From NCBI GenBank assembly GCA_964401885.1, contig CAYOAC010000001.1, forward strand, positions 1 to 39,860: 39,860 nt of DNA, read 5' to 3'. This document shows positions 1 through 10,278 of the stretch, piece after piece. The notes below the pieces were generated by a model. The model was not told where the DNA came from. It did no database searches and saw only the letters and a program-made list of their open reading frames with translations. A program made the translations under genes and the position numbers. Numbering within the stretch: the stretch's first letter is position 1; each line of letters opens with the position of its first letter. The DNA comes from an uncultured Candidatus Saccharibacteria bacterium (lineage in GTDB: Bacteria; Patescibacteriota; Minisyncoccia; Phycocordibacterales; JAACPR01).

Positions 1-1
1 T

Positions 2-2164
2 GACTTCGATGGAGACCAAATGGCTGTTCACGTTCCACCTTCTGAAGCTGCACAATATGAAGCTAGAGAAGTTATGGCTGCACACTTAAACATTCTAAAA
101 CCAGGTAGTGGAGATCCTGTTGTTTCTGCAAAACTTCTAGATATTATTCTTGGATGTTTTTGGGTTACAAAGATACAAGAAGGAGCAAAAGGAGAAGGAA
201 AAATATTTGCTGGAACAAATAGTGCGATTACAGCTTCTGACTTTGGAGTTGTTGATGTTAGAGCAAAGATATTAGTAAGAGGAAAAGTTGGAACAAAACT
301 TTCTGAATATGAAGATAAACCAATCGAAACTACTGTTGGAAGACTTTTGTTCAACGAAGTTTTGCCGGGAGATTATCCATTTATTAATTCAGAAGTTGAT
401 AAATCAAAAATGCAAAAAATTGTTGATGATTTAATTGATAAAAAAGGAATTTCTGCAGTTACTGAAACTCTTGATAAAATTAAAAAATTCGGATTTGGAT
501 TTGCAACTATCTCTGGAGTAACATGGGGACTTGATGATATTCAAATTCCTGAAAAGAAATTTAAAGTTATAGAAGATGCTACAGAAAAAGTAAAAGAAAT
601 TATAAATCAATTTAATGAAGGTTACCTTTCAGATGATGAAAGATACCGAAAAATTATTGAAATTTGGCACGGTGCAAAAAACGATGTTGAAAAATTAATT
701 CCTGATACTTTGGATGTTAATGGTTCAGTATATGATATGTGGAAATCTGGAGCTCGAGGTTCTCTTTCACAGATTACTCAAATGGCTGGTATGAAAGGTT
801 TGATTCAGAACTCACTTGGAGAAACAATCGAGTACCCAGTACTTTCTTCATCAAAAGAAGGTTTAAGTCCTATCGAATATTTCACTACTACACACGGTTC
901 TCGAAAAGGTCTTTCTGACACAGCTTTGAACACAGCTCGAGCCGGATATCTTACTAGAAAATTATTCTCAGTAGCTCAAGATGTTGTTGTTACAGAAAAT
1001 GATTGTGGAACAGCATTACATGTGGTTATTAGTAAAGAATCTGATTCAGGAATTGATATTGCAATTTCTAAAAAAATCCGAGGACGAGTTCTTGCAAAAG
1101 ATATCGTAACTGAAGATGGAACTGTTCTATTTAAAAAGGGTCATACAATTAAAAAAGAAGAGGCTCAAAGAGTAGAAGCTTCTGGAGTAAAAGAAGTTGC
1201 GGTATTTTCACCTCTTACATGTAAAACGAAACACGGTATTTGTGCAAAATGTTATGGACTAGATCTTGGAAAAGACCACGATGTGGATCTTGGAGAAGCC
1301 GTTGGAACAGTTGCCGCTCAAGCGATTGGAGAACCAGGAACACAGCTAACTATGCGTACTTTCCACGCTGGAGGTACGGCGTCTGTTGGTGGAGATATTA
1401 CACAAGGTCTTCCTCGAGTAGAAGAAATTTTTGAAAGAAGAAAACCATCAAGTCCTGCAGCAATTGCTAAAGGTGAAGGATTTGTTATGGAAATCAAAGA
1501 AGTTGGAAAAGATAGAACAATCGTAGTTTCTGGTGGAGCTGGAAGTAAGACAAAGAAACAAATGGAATATTCATTCCCACTTACTCGAACTCCACTTGTA
1601 AAAGTTGGACAAGAAGTAAAGAAGGGTCAACTTCTTACAGATGGTTCTGCTGATCTTTCTGAACTGTTTAAATATGCAGGAAAAGAAAAATCTCAAGATT
1701 ATATGATTGGTCAAATTAATAAAATTTACGAACTACAAGGAGAACCTATTTCCCGAAAACATATTGAAGTTATTGTAAGACAAATGTTCTCACGAGTGAG
1801 AATTACTGAAACAGGAGATACAAATCTTGCTATCGGAGATATTGTTGAACTAGATATCTTTGATGCAACAAATGAAGCTCTTTCTGAATCACAAGAAAAA
1901 GCAAAAGCTGATGCACTTATCTTAGGTATTGCAGAAGTTGCCCTTACAAAATCAAGCTTCTTATCTGCTGCATCTTTCCAACACACAAACAGAGTTCTTA
2001 TCAATAATTCAATCAAGGGTTCAGTCGATACACTTTCTGGTTTGAAAGAAAACGTTATTATTGGACGACTTATTCCGGCAGGAACAGGATTTAGAGGAAG
2101 TAAGAAATATGAAGCTGTTCAAAAAATTGAAGACAGAATAAAATCAGAAATTGAGGTAGAATAA
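2..2164 (+). CDS. rpoC: DNA-directed RNA polymerase subunit beta' (C-terminal ~720 aa; 5' end lies outside the window)
   Basis: The frame is open from position 2. Its first codons translate DFDGDQMAVHVP, the tail of the universal NADFDGD catalytic motif. Downstream conserved beta' blocks follow (GLxxxxxGARKG-like, trigger loop/bridge helix region). Confidence 0.95.
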   Translation, partial: DFDGDQMAVHVPPSEAAQYEAREVMAAHLNILKPGSGDPVVSAKLLDIILGCFWVTKIQEGAKGEGKIFAGTNSAITASDFGVVDVRAKILVRGKVGTKLSEYEDKPIETTVGRLLFNEVLPGDYPFINSEVDKSKMQKIVDDLIDKKGISAVTETLDKIKKFGFGFATISGVTWGLDDIQIPEKKFKVIEDATEKVKEIINQFNEGYLSDDERYRKIIEIWHGAKNDVEKLIPDTLDVNGSVYDMWKSGARGSLSQITQMAGMKGLIQNSLGETIEYPVLSSSKEGLSPIEYFTTTHGSRKGLSDTALNTARAGYLTRKLFSVAQDVVVTENDCGTALHVVISKESDSGIDIAISKKIRGRVLAKDIVTEDGTVLFKKGHTIKKEEAQRVEASGVKEVAVFSPLTCKTKHGICAKCYGLDLGKDHDVDLGEAVGTVAAQAIGEPGTQLTMRTFHAGGTASVGGDITQGLPRVEEIFERRKPSSPAAIAKGEGFVMEIKEVGKDRTIVVSGGAGSKTKKQMEYSFPLTRTPLVKVGQEVKKGQLLTDGSADLSELFKYAGKEKSQDYMIGQINKIYELQGEPISRKHIEVIVRQMFSRVRITETGDTNLAIGDIVELDIFDATNEALSESQEKAKADALILGIAEVALTKSSFLSAASFQHTNRVLINNSIKGSVDTLSGLKENVIIGRLIPAGTGFRGSKKYEAVQKIEDRIKSEIEVE

Positions 2165-2179
2165 TCTACTTTAACGAAG

Positions 2180-3859
2180 ATGCAAAATAATAATCAATCT
2201 ATACAAGAAATAAAGGAACGACTTCCCGTTGAGGAAGTTGTTTCCCGTTATGTGAAGTTAGAAAAATCAGGTATCAACTTGAAGGGACTTTGTCCTTTTC
2301 ATGGTGAAAAAACACCTTCATTTTTTGTGGCTCCGCATAGGGGATCTTTTATGTGTTTTGGTTGTGGCAAAAAAGGAGATATTTTTACTTTTGTTCAAGA
2401 AGTAGAAGGTATTGAGTTTTTTGATGCTTTAAAACAATTGGCTGAACAAGCCGGTGTCCAATTGGATTTAAAACAACAAGAATCAAAAGAAAAAAAAGAT
2501 GCTTATGCTATTTTGGAAAAAGCATGTATTCTTTTTCAAAATCAATTACAAAAAAATATTTCCGCTCAAGAATATTTGGCGAATCGGGGGTTAAGCTCAC
2601 AAACAATTTCTCAGTTTAGAATTGGTTTTATTCCTGATGAGTGGAATATTCTTTACACTGAATTAAAGAAATCTTTTGAAGAAAAAGAAATTCTTGAAAG
2701 TGGTCTTGTTATCAGAAATGAAAATGGAAGAATATACGATAGGTTCAGAGGACGTATAATGTTTCCAATTTTTGATTCTAATGGAAAAGTAATTGCATTT
2801 ACCGGAAGAGTATTAATTCCCGAACAAAAAGAAACTCCTAAATATGTTAACAGTCCAGAAACGGCTTTGTTTAGTAAATCACATGTTTTATATGGTCTTA
2901 ATTTTGCAAAACAAGCAATAAGGAAACATAATTTTGTAATCCTTGTTGAGGGACAAATGGACGTTATAATGTCTCATCAAATGGGTTATTCTAATACTGT
3001 TGCTTCATCTGGTACAGCTTTTACACAAGATCAGCTTGGAATGATTGCAAAATTAACCCCCAATTTACTCTTGGCTTTTGATAGTGATAGTGCAGGTCTT
3101 GCTACAACTGCAAAAGTTTGGGAGATGGCCATTCAGCAGGGTTTGGATGTAAAAATAGCATATTATGAAGATGCCAAAGATCCTGCTGATACAATAAAAG
3201 AAAATCCAGAGATATGGAAAGAAATAATTAAAAAATCAATTCATATTATCGAGTTTGTCACCAAATTGATCAGTAAAATTCCTGATGAAAGAAAAAGAAT
3301 AAAAGCTTATCAAGAAAAAGTTCTTCCATTATTAAGAAGAATTCAAACTTATAGTGAAAAGAATTTCTTTATAGATAAAATAGCACAAATGCTTTCCATG
3401 AATTCTGGAATTATTTGGAGTGATTTATCTATTGATTCTAATCAGGATATGACTAAAGTTAGACAGTATGAAGATGTTGAAAAAAAAGATTACGAATCAA
3501 TTATCAATTCTTATATATTATTTTTTGAAAAAAATAATCCAGATTTAAGAAAAAATATTAATGAATTTATGAATAACTATCAAATATTAAATATCAATAA
3601 AGATGTTATTGATGATAAAAAAATGTTTGAGATTGAAAATGTTTTTGAAACTAATCCAGAAGATGTAAAGAAAAATTTTAAAGAATCTTTTTCTCAATAT
3701 ATGTTAGTTCAATTAAGAATTAAAAATAAAGAATTAAGAAATTCATTAAATAATAAGACTGAAGAAGAAAATGAAATTTTACAAAAAATAGCAGAGCACA
3801 AAAAACTTATACACAGTATTGGTGTAAACGATTGTCATTTTATTAATAATATGGTATAA
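2180..3859 (+). CDS. dnaG: DNA primase
   Basis: N-terminal zinc-ribbon CPFHGEKTPSFxV...CFGCG, followed by a TOPRIM region (VEGQMDV...DSDSAG). Starts 15 nt after the rpoC stop. Confidence 0.9.
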   Translation: MQNNNQSIQEIKERLPVEEVVSRYVKLEKSGINLKGLCPFHGEKTPSFFVAPHRGSFMCFGCGKKGDIFTFVQEVEGIEFFDALKQLAEQAGVQLDLKQQESKEKKDAYAILEKACILFQNQLQKNISAQEYLANRGLSSQTISQFRIGFIPDEWNILYTELKKSFEEKEILESGLVIRNENGRIYDRFRGRIMFPIFDSNGKVIAFTGRVLIPEQKETPKYVNSPETALFSKSHVLYGLNFAKQAIRKHNFVILVEGQMDVIMSHQMGYSNTVASSGTAFTQDQLGMIAKLTPNLLLAFDSDSAGLATTAKVWEMAIQQGLDVKIAYYEDAKDPADTIKENPEIWKEIIKKSIHIIEFVTKLISKIPDERKRIKAYQEKVLPLLRRIQTYSEKNFFIDKIAQMLSMNSGIIWSDLSIDSNQDMTKVRQYEDVEKKDYESIINSYILFFEKNNPDLRKNINEFMNNYQILNINKDVIDDKKMFEIENVFETNPEDVKKNFKESFSQYMLVQLRIKNKELRNSLNNKTEEENEILQKIAEHKKLIHSIGVNDCHFINNMV

Positions 3860-3874
3860 CCAAACAACTCAGAT

Positions 3875-5146
3875 ATGGCAAAAGGTAATTTGAAAAAAAC
3901 AAAAACAAACACAAAAAAAACAGTCAAAAAAACTGTTCCAACAAAAAAACAAAAAGTAGTTACAAAAATAAATAAAACTACAAATAAAAAGCCAGTTTCT
4001 ATTATCAAAAATAAAAAGACGGAGAAGGATAAAATTAAAAAGGAGATAATTAAAAAAGTAGTTACTCCTGCTCAAAAAAAATCTCAAGAACAAAATCTTA
4101 AATCAGATAAGTTGCTTAAAAGGGGAAAAGAAAGAGGGTACGTAACTTATGACGAAATCTTAAAGGATTTTCCTAATATTGAAACAGACCTTGTTTTTCT
4201 AGATGAATTATATGAAAAATTTACTGATGCAGGAATAGACGTTCTTGAAAATAGTGGTTTATTAAATATAAATGTCTCTTTAGAAGAAAACAAATATTCA
4301 TACAAATCTTCTGGACAATATGATTCAATTCAAATTTATTTGAAGGAGATTGGGCAGTATGCTTTGATTAAGGCATCAGAAGAAAAAGATTTGGCTAAAA
4401 GAATTGAAGTCGGTGATCAAGAAGCCAAGATGCTTCTTGCTCGTGCCAACTTAAGACTTGTAGTTTCAATTGCAAAAAAATATGTAGGACGAAGTCCTGA
4501 TTTGACTCTTCTAGACTTGATTCAAGAAGGTAATCTCGGTTTGTTCAAAGCCGTAGATAAATTCGATTGGACAAAAGGTTATAAGTTTTCAACATATGCA
4601 ACATGGTGGATTAGACAGGCGATCACAAGAGCTTTGGCTGATCAATCAAGAACTGTTCGAATTCCAGTTCATATGCATGAGACAATTGCAAAGTATAAAC
4701 AAGTATATAGAAGATTATCACTTGATCTTGGACGAGATCCTATGCCTGAAGAAATTGCAACAGAGATGGGTCTTGAAATTGAAAAAATTTATACAATTGA
4801 AAAAATTGATCAAGCTACAGTTTCTTTAGAAAGTCCTGTTGGTGATGATGGAGATGAAAAGTCTACACTTGGAGATTTTATTGCTGACGATAAAATTCTT
4901 TCACCAGATCAAGAAGCTTCACGAAGAATTCTTAAAGATCAAGTTAATGAAATTCTTGAAGAGCTTACAGATAAAGAAAGAAAAATTCTTGAATTACGAC
5001 ATGGTCTTGTTGATGGAATTCAACACACACTTGAAGAGGTGGGAAAAATGTTTGGGGTTACTCGAGAACGTATTAGACAAATTGAAGCTAAGGCTCATGA
5101 AAAAATAAGACAACATGAGAAAGCTAATCGGTTAGAGAATTATTAA
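3875..5146 (+). CDS. rpoD: RNA polymerase sigma-70 factor, with a lysine-rich low-complexity N-terminus
   Basis: Region 2 [18 protein letters not shown] and [14 protein letters not shown]; region 4 [12 protein letters not shown]...[15 protein letters not shown]. Sits immediately after dnaG, the classic dnaG-rpoD linkage. Confidence 0.92.
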   Translation: MAKGNLKKTKTNTKKTVKKTVPTKKQKVVTKINKTTNKKPVSIIKNKKTEKDKIKKEIIKKVVTPAQKKSQEQNLKSDKLLKRGKERGYVTYDEILKDFPNIETDLVFLDELYEKFTDAGIDVLENSGLLNINVSLEENKYSYKSSGQYDSIQIYLKEIGQYALIKASEEKDLAKRIEVGDQEAKMLLARANLRLVVSIAKKYVGRSPDLTLLDLIQEGNLGLFKAVDKFDWTKGYKFSTYATWWIRQAITRALADQSRTVRIPVHMHETIAKYKQVYRRLSLDLGRDPMPEEIATEMGLEIEKIYTIEKIDQATVSLESPVGDDGDEKSTLGDFIADDKILSPDQEASRRILKDQVNEILEELTDKERKILELRHGLVDGIQHTLEEVGKMFGVTRERIRQIEAKAHEKIRQHEKANRLENY

Positions 5147-5169
5147 TATCTAATAACCTTATAAATATT

Positions 5170-5210
5170 TAACAACAAAACACCCGAAAAAATCGGGTGT
5201 TTTGTTGTAA
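5170..5210 (+). terminator. Rho-independent terminator after rpoD
   Basis: aacaaaacacccgaaaaaatcgggtgttttgtt: a ~14-bp perfect stem with T-rich 3' flank. Confidence 0.75.
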
Positions 5211-5303
5211 TTTAAATTTGACAAATAAATAATAACGTTTAGTATTATTTTGAACCTGAAAACGTCAGTTGAAATACTGACATCACAAAAAAATAACAAA
5301 TAT

Positions 5304-6362
5304 ATGGACGAGAGCGCTGTTGTAAGGCTTTTAGGGATTGATTATTCTTACCTTACTATTTTACAGGAACCTGAACGAAGAATTTGTACGGTTTCTGATG
5401 CTCAGGATTGGCTTCGTTGCACTCCTGAACATAGTAAAGAGAGAAAAGAAGCATTAAGAGTGTGGGGAAGGCTTTCTCTGAAATGTGTTAAAAAGGCACA
5501 AACACGAGAAGAATTGAGATACCATTATTATAATGCTCCTGAAAATTCGAGAGCAAAAAGACTTGCTGAAGAATTACTGGATAAGTACTCTTTTTTCGAA
5601 ATTAAAGGTGCAAATACTCTAGATAAGGCAAGAACCGCATACGATAATGCCGTCGTTGGAAGTGTTTCCGAAAGGAAAGCTTTCAAACTTTGGGATGAAT
5701 TTGCTCTCTTAGAAGTAGAAAGAGCAAAAAGCTTCAGGTATCTCATCTCGGTTTTTCTAAGGTCTCCTGCTAACGGTAAGGCTGAACTCTTGTGTATGCA
5801 AAAGATTCTTGCGTACAAATGGAAATTTGATAATTTTGCGCAGGTATCTAGAATAATTTCAACCGCAAGTTCTAAAAGGGTTGTAAAAATCTTTTTTGAT
5901 GCATGGGACAAATTTTCTCGGGCAGAAATCGAATCAGCAAGTACCCCAGAAAAACTCAAACTCGCATTTATTCATGTTCGAAAGGGTAGCCCTCTTAAAA
6001 AAAGGGCTTTGAAAAAATGGATTGCTTGCTGTACAAAAATTCATCAATTGCAAGAAGTGTACGATGTTCATAAAGCTGACGGTGAGTTTATGTCCTTGGT
6101 TTATGAAAGACGTCATCAGCTTTCAATTATCGAGATTAGAGCCGCTACTACTCTGGAGGAATATCGTGATGCATACAAAAAAACAATGAGTAAGAGTAAA
6201 ACTCAACAATTGGTATTAGATGCATGGGATGAATGTGCTTTATCTTATTTGGATAAGGTTACTACACCTCAAGAATATAAATATTTGTTCATCAATTCTA
6301 CTTTTAGTGGTAGAGCAAGAAAAATCATCATCAAAAGACTGCTAGAGATGCCTAGTGCATAA
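5304..6362 (+). CDS. Hypothetical protein with internal ~70-100-aa helical repeats. The ORF-finder start is TTG at 5250; the first ATG is at 5304.
   Basis: Long ORF with a repeated W(D/G)(E/K/R)(F/L/C) plus A.T.EE motif: KLWDEFALLE, DAWDKFSRAEIESASTPEKL, LDAWDECALSYLDKVTTPQEY, RVWGRLSL. Visibly higher G+C than its neighbours. A promoter-like TTGACA lies at 5216. I recognise no homolog. Confidence 0.5.
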   Translation: MDESAVVRLLGIDYSYLTILQEPERRICTVSDAQDWLRCTPEHSKERKEALRVWGRLSLKCVKKAQTREELRYHYYNAPENSRAKRLAEELLDKYSFFEIKGANTLDKARTAYDNAVVGSVSERKAFKLWDEFALLEVERAKSFRYLISVFLRSPANGKAELLCMQKILAYKWKFDNFAQVSRIISTASSKRVVKIFFDAWDKFSRAEIESASTPEKLKLAFIHVRKGSPLKKRALKKWIACCTKIHQLQEVYDVHKADGEFMSLVYERRHQLSIIEIRAATTLEEYRDAYKKTMSKSKTQQLVLDAWDECALSYLDKVTTPQEYKYLFINSTFSGRARKIIIKRLLEMPSA

Positions 6363-6511
6363 GAAGGTCTAACTCTAAACATCTGCGATAATATCAAAGG
6401 TGTTTTTTATTTACTATGTGTGTATTTTGTGATTTTTTAATATGAATAAAAGATCTTGTCTGGGTTTCTTATCACCGTGCGTGGTGAGGGATTTTTTGAT
6501 ACAATGCAAAA

Positions 6512-9493
6512 ATGTTAGAAAATACTTTTAATAAAGAGTACTTACGATTAAATAACGAACAAAAACTCGCAGTAGATATCATTGATGGTCCAGTTATGGT
6601 GAATGCGGGACCAGGAACAGGTAAAACCCAAATTCTTACTCTTAGAATTGGAAATATTTTATTAAAAACAGATACTCAGCCAGAAAATATTCTCTCCCTG
6701 ACTTTTACTAATTCTGGTGTTTATGCAATGAGAGATAGATTACGATCATATATCGGAGATCCTGCTTACAGAGTTAATATTTTTACATTTCATGCATTTG
6801 CCGAACATCTTATAAAAAGTTTTCCTATTTATTTTCCTCAATTTGAATATTCAAAAGTTATAGATGATTTACAAAAAGTAAAATTTATTGAATCAATTTT
6901 GGATAAAGGTGCTTTTGAACATTTGGTTGGACAACATGATGATTATCAAAAAGTAAAAGAAATTGTTGGTGCAATTAATACCTTAAAACATGAGGGTTAT
7001 GATGTTGAGCAATTTAAAAAAGATATTCCTCGCTGGAAACAAGAATTACTTTCTGATCCAGATATTTTTTATTCAAGAAAATACAAACAATATAATGTTG
7101 GAGATACCAAACCTGCTGAAGAAGAAAAAATAAAAAGAAAAATTAATCAAGCAATTGAAATTGCTGATGTTTATGAAGAGTATCAAAATAAATTAAGAGA
7201 GAATCATTTATATGATTTTTCTGACATGATTATTACTGTTGTAAATGAATTAAAAGAAAATGAAAATCTAAAATCAGAAGTTCAAGAACAATATCAATAT
7301 ATCCTGGTTGATGAACATCAAGACACCAATATGGGTCAAAATAATTTAATTGAACTTCTTAGCGATGCCCAACACCTTGAAGGACACCCAAACATATTTA
7401 CGGTGGGGGATGACAAACAATCCATCTATAGATTCCAAGGTGCTAGCGAAGAGACTTTTGCCCATTTTAACAAGATTTATAGAGACATAGTGCATATAGA
7501 CCTAAAAGAGAATTATCGCTCAACCAAGGTCATTTTAGAGGCTTCTCACGCTGTTATTGAACACTCATTAGATCAATCTATCCTTTTGAATTCGAATAAA
7601 GACGAAAATGAAAAAATTAAAATAGGGGAATTTTCAAATTATAAATTTGAACTACTTTATCTTGCTCAAGATATAAAAAGTAAGATAGATTCAGGAATTT
7701 CACCAAAAGAAATAGCAGTTCTTTTTAGATCAAACAAACACACGGAAGATATTAAAAACGTTTTATCACAATTCAAAATTCCTTTCACTATTTTTTCTAA
7801 AACAAGTATTTTTGAAGATGTGGATATTTCAAATATTATTCTCTTGTTAAGAATTATTTTAAATCCAAATGACGAAGAATCTTTGGGAAAAGCTTTGTTT
7901 ATAAATTTCTTAAATATAAAAGGATACGATGCAATTAAAATTTTGCAAAACAGAGAACACTATAGAAGAAATTTTAAAAAAACTCTCTTTGATATTTTAA
8001 ATGACCCTAAAATATTAGAAGAAATTGGAGTTTCTAATATTGAATCAATTTCGAAATTTTCAGAATGTATTAATAGATCGATTATTGAAATAAAAAATTC
8101 TAGACTTATAGACTTTCTAAAAAGTTTCTTATCTGATATTGGGTATAACTCATATATGCTTTCTAGTAATTTGAGTAGGGACAAATTATTCAAGATAGAT
8201 AAATTGTTTGATGAAATAAAAAAACAACAATCTAAAAATATTTTTAAAGTCGAAGATTTTATTTCTTTGGTTGATTCTTATTATGCTTACCATTTAGACA
8301 TTGAAAACTCTAATCCTGAAATAGAAGATGGGGTTCAACTTATGACATCACACGGTTCAAAAGGAAAGGAATTTGATTATGTTTACATTATCAATACGAC
8401 TTCAAAAAATTGGGAAAAGAGTAGGGGATTCGGAGGTATTTCTTTGCCTGTAAAAGCATATAAGGGAGATGAACATGATGAAAGGCGATTGTTTTACGTT
8501 TCAATAACTCGAGCACGTAAGGGTCTTTGTGTAACTTACTCTAAGACTGATTGGGAGGGAAAAGATCAAGAAAAATCACGTTTTATTGGTGAGATACCAC
8601 TTGATTTATCTGAACAAATAGAAATTAAAGATTTTGAATCAAAAAATATAAATGAAATAAAATTATTTACTGAACCTTTTGAGCAAAGTCGAACAATTTA
8701 TGAAATAGATTTTATTAAACAGCTATATTTAAAAAGAGGACTGACAGTTACAGCTTTAAATAATTATGTAGAATGTCCTATAAAATATTTTTATAAAAAC
8801 TTAATTCAAATTCCTAGTGGATATTCTGCTATTTTAGAATATGGAAATATTATGCATGGTGCTTTAGAAAAATTCTTTAATGATTGTAAAAAAGAGGAAA
8901 AAATTATAAATAAAAAAATACTATTAAAATATTTTACCGAAATCATAGATAATAGTTCTTTTTCTAAAAAAGATCTAGAAAAATACAAGAATAGAGGTTT
9001 AAAATCTTTAGATTCTTGGTTTGAAGAAAGAAAAAAAATAATTTCTTGGAATATTAGTATTGAATCAAAAATTAAGAAGGACTTTCTTCTGGAAGATGGA
9101 AATCTTTTAAATCTAAACGGTAAATTGGATAAAATAGAATACAAAGATTCAATATTGGGTGGAGCTATAAAAGTAATAGATTATAAGACTGGTAAACCTT
9201 TTTCTAAAAAACAAAAAGATCAAAAAGAAGATTTAAAAAGACAACTTATGTTTTATTATCTTTTACTTGAAACTTATAAAGATGGAATTTATTTTATCGA
9301 AGAAGCAGTATTAGATTTTTTGGAGGAAGATGAAAAGGGTAATCACGAAAGATATTCTTTGTCTGTCTCGCAGTCTGATAAAGAGGAATTAAAAATACTC
9401 ATTAAAAATGTTTCGGAAGAAATAATTTCAGGTTATTTTTTGAATAAAGGTTGCAAAAAAAGAGATTGTGAATGGTGTAAATTTCATGGATAA
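6512..9493 (+). CDS. UvrD/PcrA-family SF1 helicase fused to a C-terminal PD-(D/E)XK (Cas4/RecB-like) nuclease with a 4-Cys cluster
   Basis: Helicase motifs: Walker A AGPGTGKT, VDEHQDTN (motif II), GDDKQSIYRFQGA (III), VSITRAR (VI). The C-terminus carries IDYKTGK (nuclease motif III) and Cys residues in VECPIKY and GCKKRDCEWCKF. Confidence 0.85.
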   Translation: MLENTFNKEYLRLNNEQKLAVDIIDGPVMVNAGPGTGKTQILTLRIGNILLKTDTQPENILSLTFTNSGVYAMRDRLRSYIGDPAYRVNIFTFHAFAEHLIKSFPIYFPQFEYSKVIDDLQKVKFIESILDKGAFEHLVGQHDDYQKVKEIVGAINTLKHEGYDVEQFKKDIPRWKQELLSDPDIFYSRKYKQYNVGDTKPAEEEKIKRKINQAIEIADVYEEYQNKLRENHLYDFSDMIITVVNELKENENLKSEVQEQYQYILVDEHQDTNMGQNNLIELLSDAQHLEGHPNIFTVGDDKQSIYRFQGASEETFAHFNKIYRDIVHIDLKENYRSTKVILEASHAVIEHSLDQSILLNSNKDENEKIKIGEFSNYKFELLYLAQDIKSKIDSGISPKEIAVLFRSNKHTEDIKNVLSQFKIPFTIFSKTSIFEDVDISNIILLLRIILNPNDEESLGKALFINFLNIKGYDAIKILQNREHYRRNFKKTLFDILNDPKILEEIGVSNIESISKFSECINRSIIEIKNSRLIDFLKSFLSDIGYNSYMLSSNLSRDKLFKIDKLFDEIKKQQSKNIFKVEDFISLVDSYYAYHLDIENSNPEIEDGVQLMTSHGSKGKEFDYVYIINTTSKNWEKSRGFGGISLPVKAYKGDEHDERRLFYVSITRARKGLCVTYSKTDWEGKDQEKSRFIGEIPLDLSEQIEIKDFESKNINEIKLFTEPFEQSRTIYEIDFIKQLYLKRGLTVTALNNYVECPIKYFYKNLIQIPSGYSAILEYGNIMHGALEKFFNDCKKEEKIINKKILLKYFTEIIDNSSFSKKDLEKYKNRGLKSLDSWFEERKKIISWNISIESKIKKDFLLEDGNLLNLNGKLDKIEYKDSILGGAIKVIDYKTGKPFSKKQKDQKEDLKRQLMFYYLLLETYKDGIYFIEEAVLDFLEEDEKGNHERYSLSVSQSDKEELKILIKNVSEEIISGYFLNKGCKKRDCEWCKFHG

Positions 9494-9495
9494 TT

Positions 9496-9526
9496 AAAAA
9501 ACCTCGCAAATGCGAGGTTTTTTAAT
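9496..9526. terminator. Bidirectional terminator between convergent genes
   Basis: aaaaaacctcgcaaatgcgaggtttttt: an 8-bp stem flanked by an A-run and a T-run. Confidence 0.8.
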
Positions 9527-9543
9527 GTTTTAAATTAGAGATT

Positions 9544-10242
9544 TTATTGAGATTTTTTTCCTGAAAGGATTGTATCAATTGCTCCTTTAACATTTGCGTA
9601 AGGTTGATTTCCCTTGATTGGAATTTGAACTCCTGATTTTGAAATCAAAATGTTATAAGGTGTTCCAAATTTTGGGTCAACTTTTACAATAGCATTTCCA
9701 TCGGCTACATCTTTTGCTACTTCTTGTTTTGGATAATCTGAAGCCAAACATGCTTTGAATTCACTTTCATTAATTCCAATTTTTATAGCTGTTGCAAGAA
9801 TGTTCTCTGTTTTAAGTGAATCTGGTGCACCTGGAATTAAAATATTTGCAAATTCCCAGAATTTATTGTTTCCACCAAGCTTAGTCACACATTCTGATGC
9901 CTCTGCAGCGGGTGCAGCTGATTTGTGAATTTGAACAAGTGGATAATGACGATATACCCAAGCAACTTTTCCTGTCGGACCATATTCATCCATAATTTTT
10001 TGCATGGTCTGATGGAAACCTGCGCAGAAAGGACATTCAAAATCTGAATATTCTACAATAATTATTTCGGCATTTGGATCTCCAATAATATGATCATTAG
10101 AGTCAATTTTTGAAATAGCTAATGGAGCTGTTTCATCTGGTTTGTCTGGATTCTTTCTTGATTGTTGATCTGATAGGTAGATTGCTCCCGCGATAATCAT
10201 CCCTGAAACAACAATTGAAATTGGAATGAAAAATTTATTCAT
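9544..10242 (-). CDS. DsbA-family thiol:disulfide oxidoreductase (membrane-anchored thioredoxin fold)
   Basis: N-terminal TM/signal segment. CxxC active site FECPFCAGFH. Confidence 0.8.
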   Translation of the reverse strand: MNKFFIPISIVVSGMIIAGAIYLSDQQSRKNPDKPDETAPLAISKIDSNDHIIGDPNAEIIIVEYSDFECPFCAGFHQTMQKIMDEYGPTGKVAWVYRHYPLVQIHKSAAPAAEASECVTKLGGNNKFWEFANILIPGAPDSLKTENILATAIKIGINESEFKACLASDYPKQEVAKDVADGNAIVKVDPKFGTPYNILISKSGVQIPIKGNQPYANVKGAIDTILSGKKSQ

Positions 10243-10278
10243 TATGATTTTTATGTTATATTAATTCGTATATTATAT

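Noticed and set aside
3869-4093. Minus-strand 74-aa ORF antisense to the rpoD 5' end, and other nested ORFs in rpoC, the helicase, uvrA, uvrB, uppP, tgt and ddl (e.g. 28..354-, 1726..2016-, 7960..8193-, 8806..9144-, 20014..20268-, 21544..21828-)
   Set aside because: All lie entirely inside well-supported conserved genes. They have low-complexity, Phe/Leu/Asn-rich compositions, as expected from antisense translation of AT-rich coding DNA.
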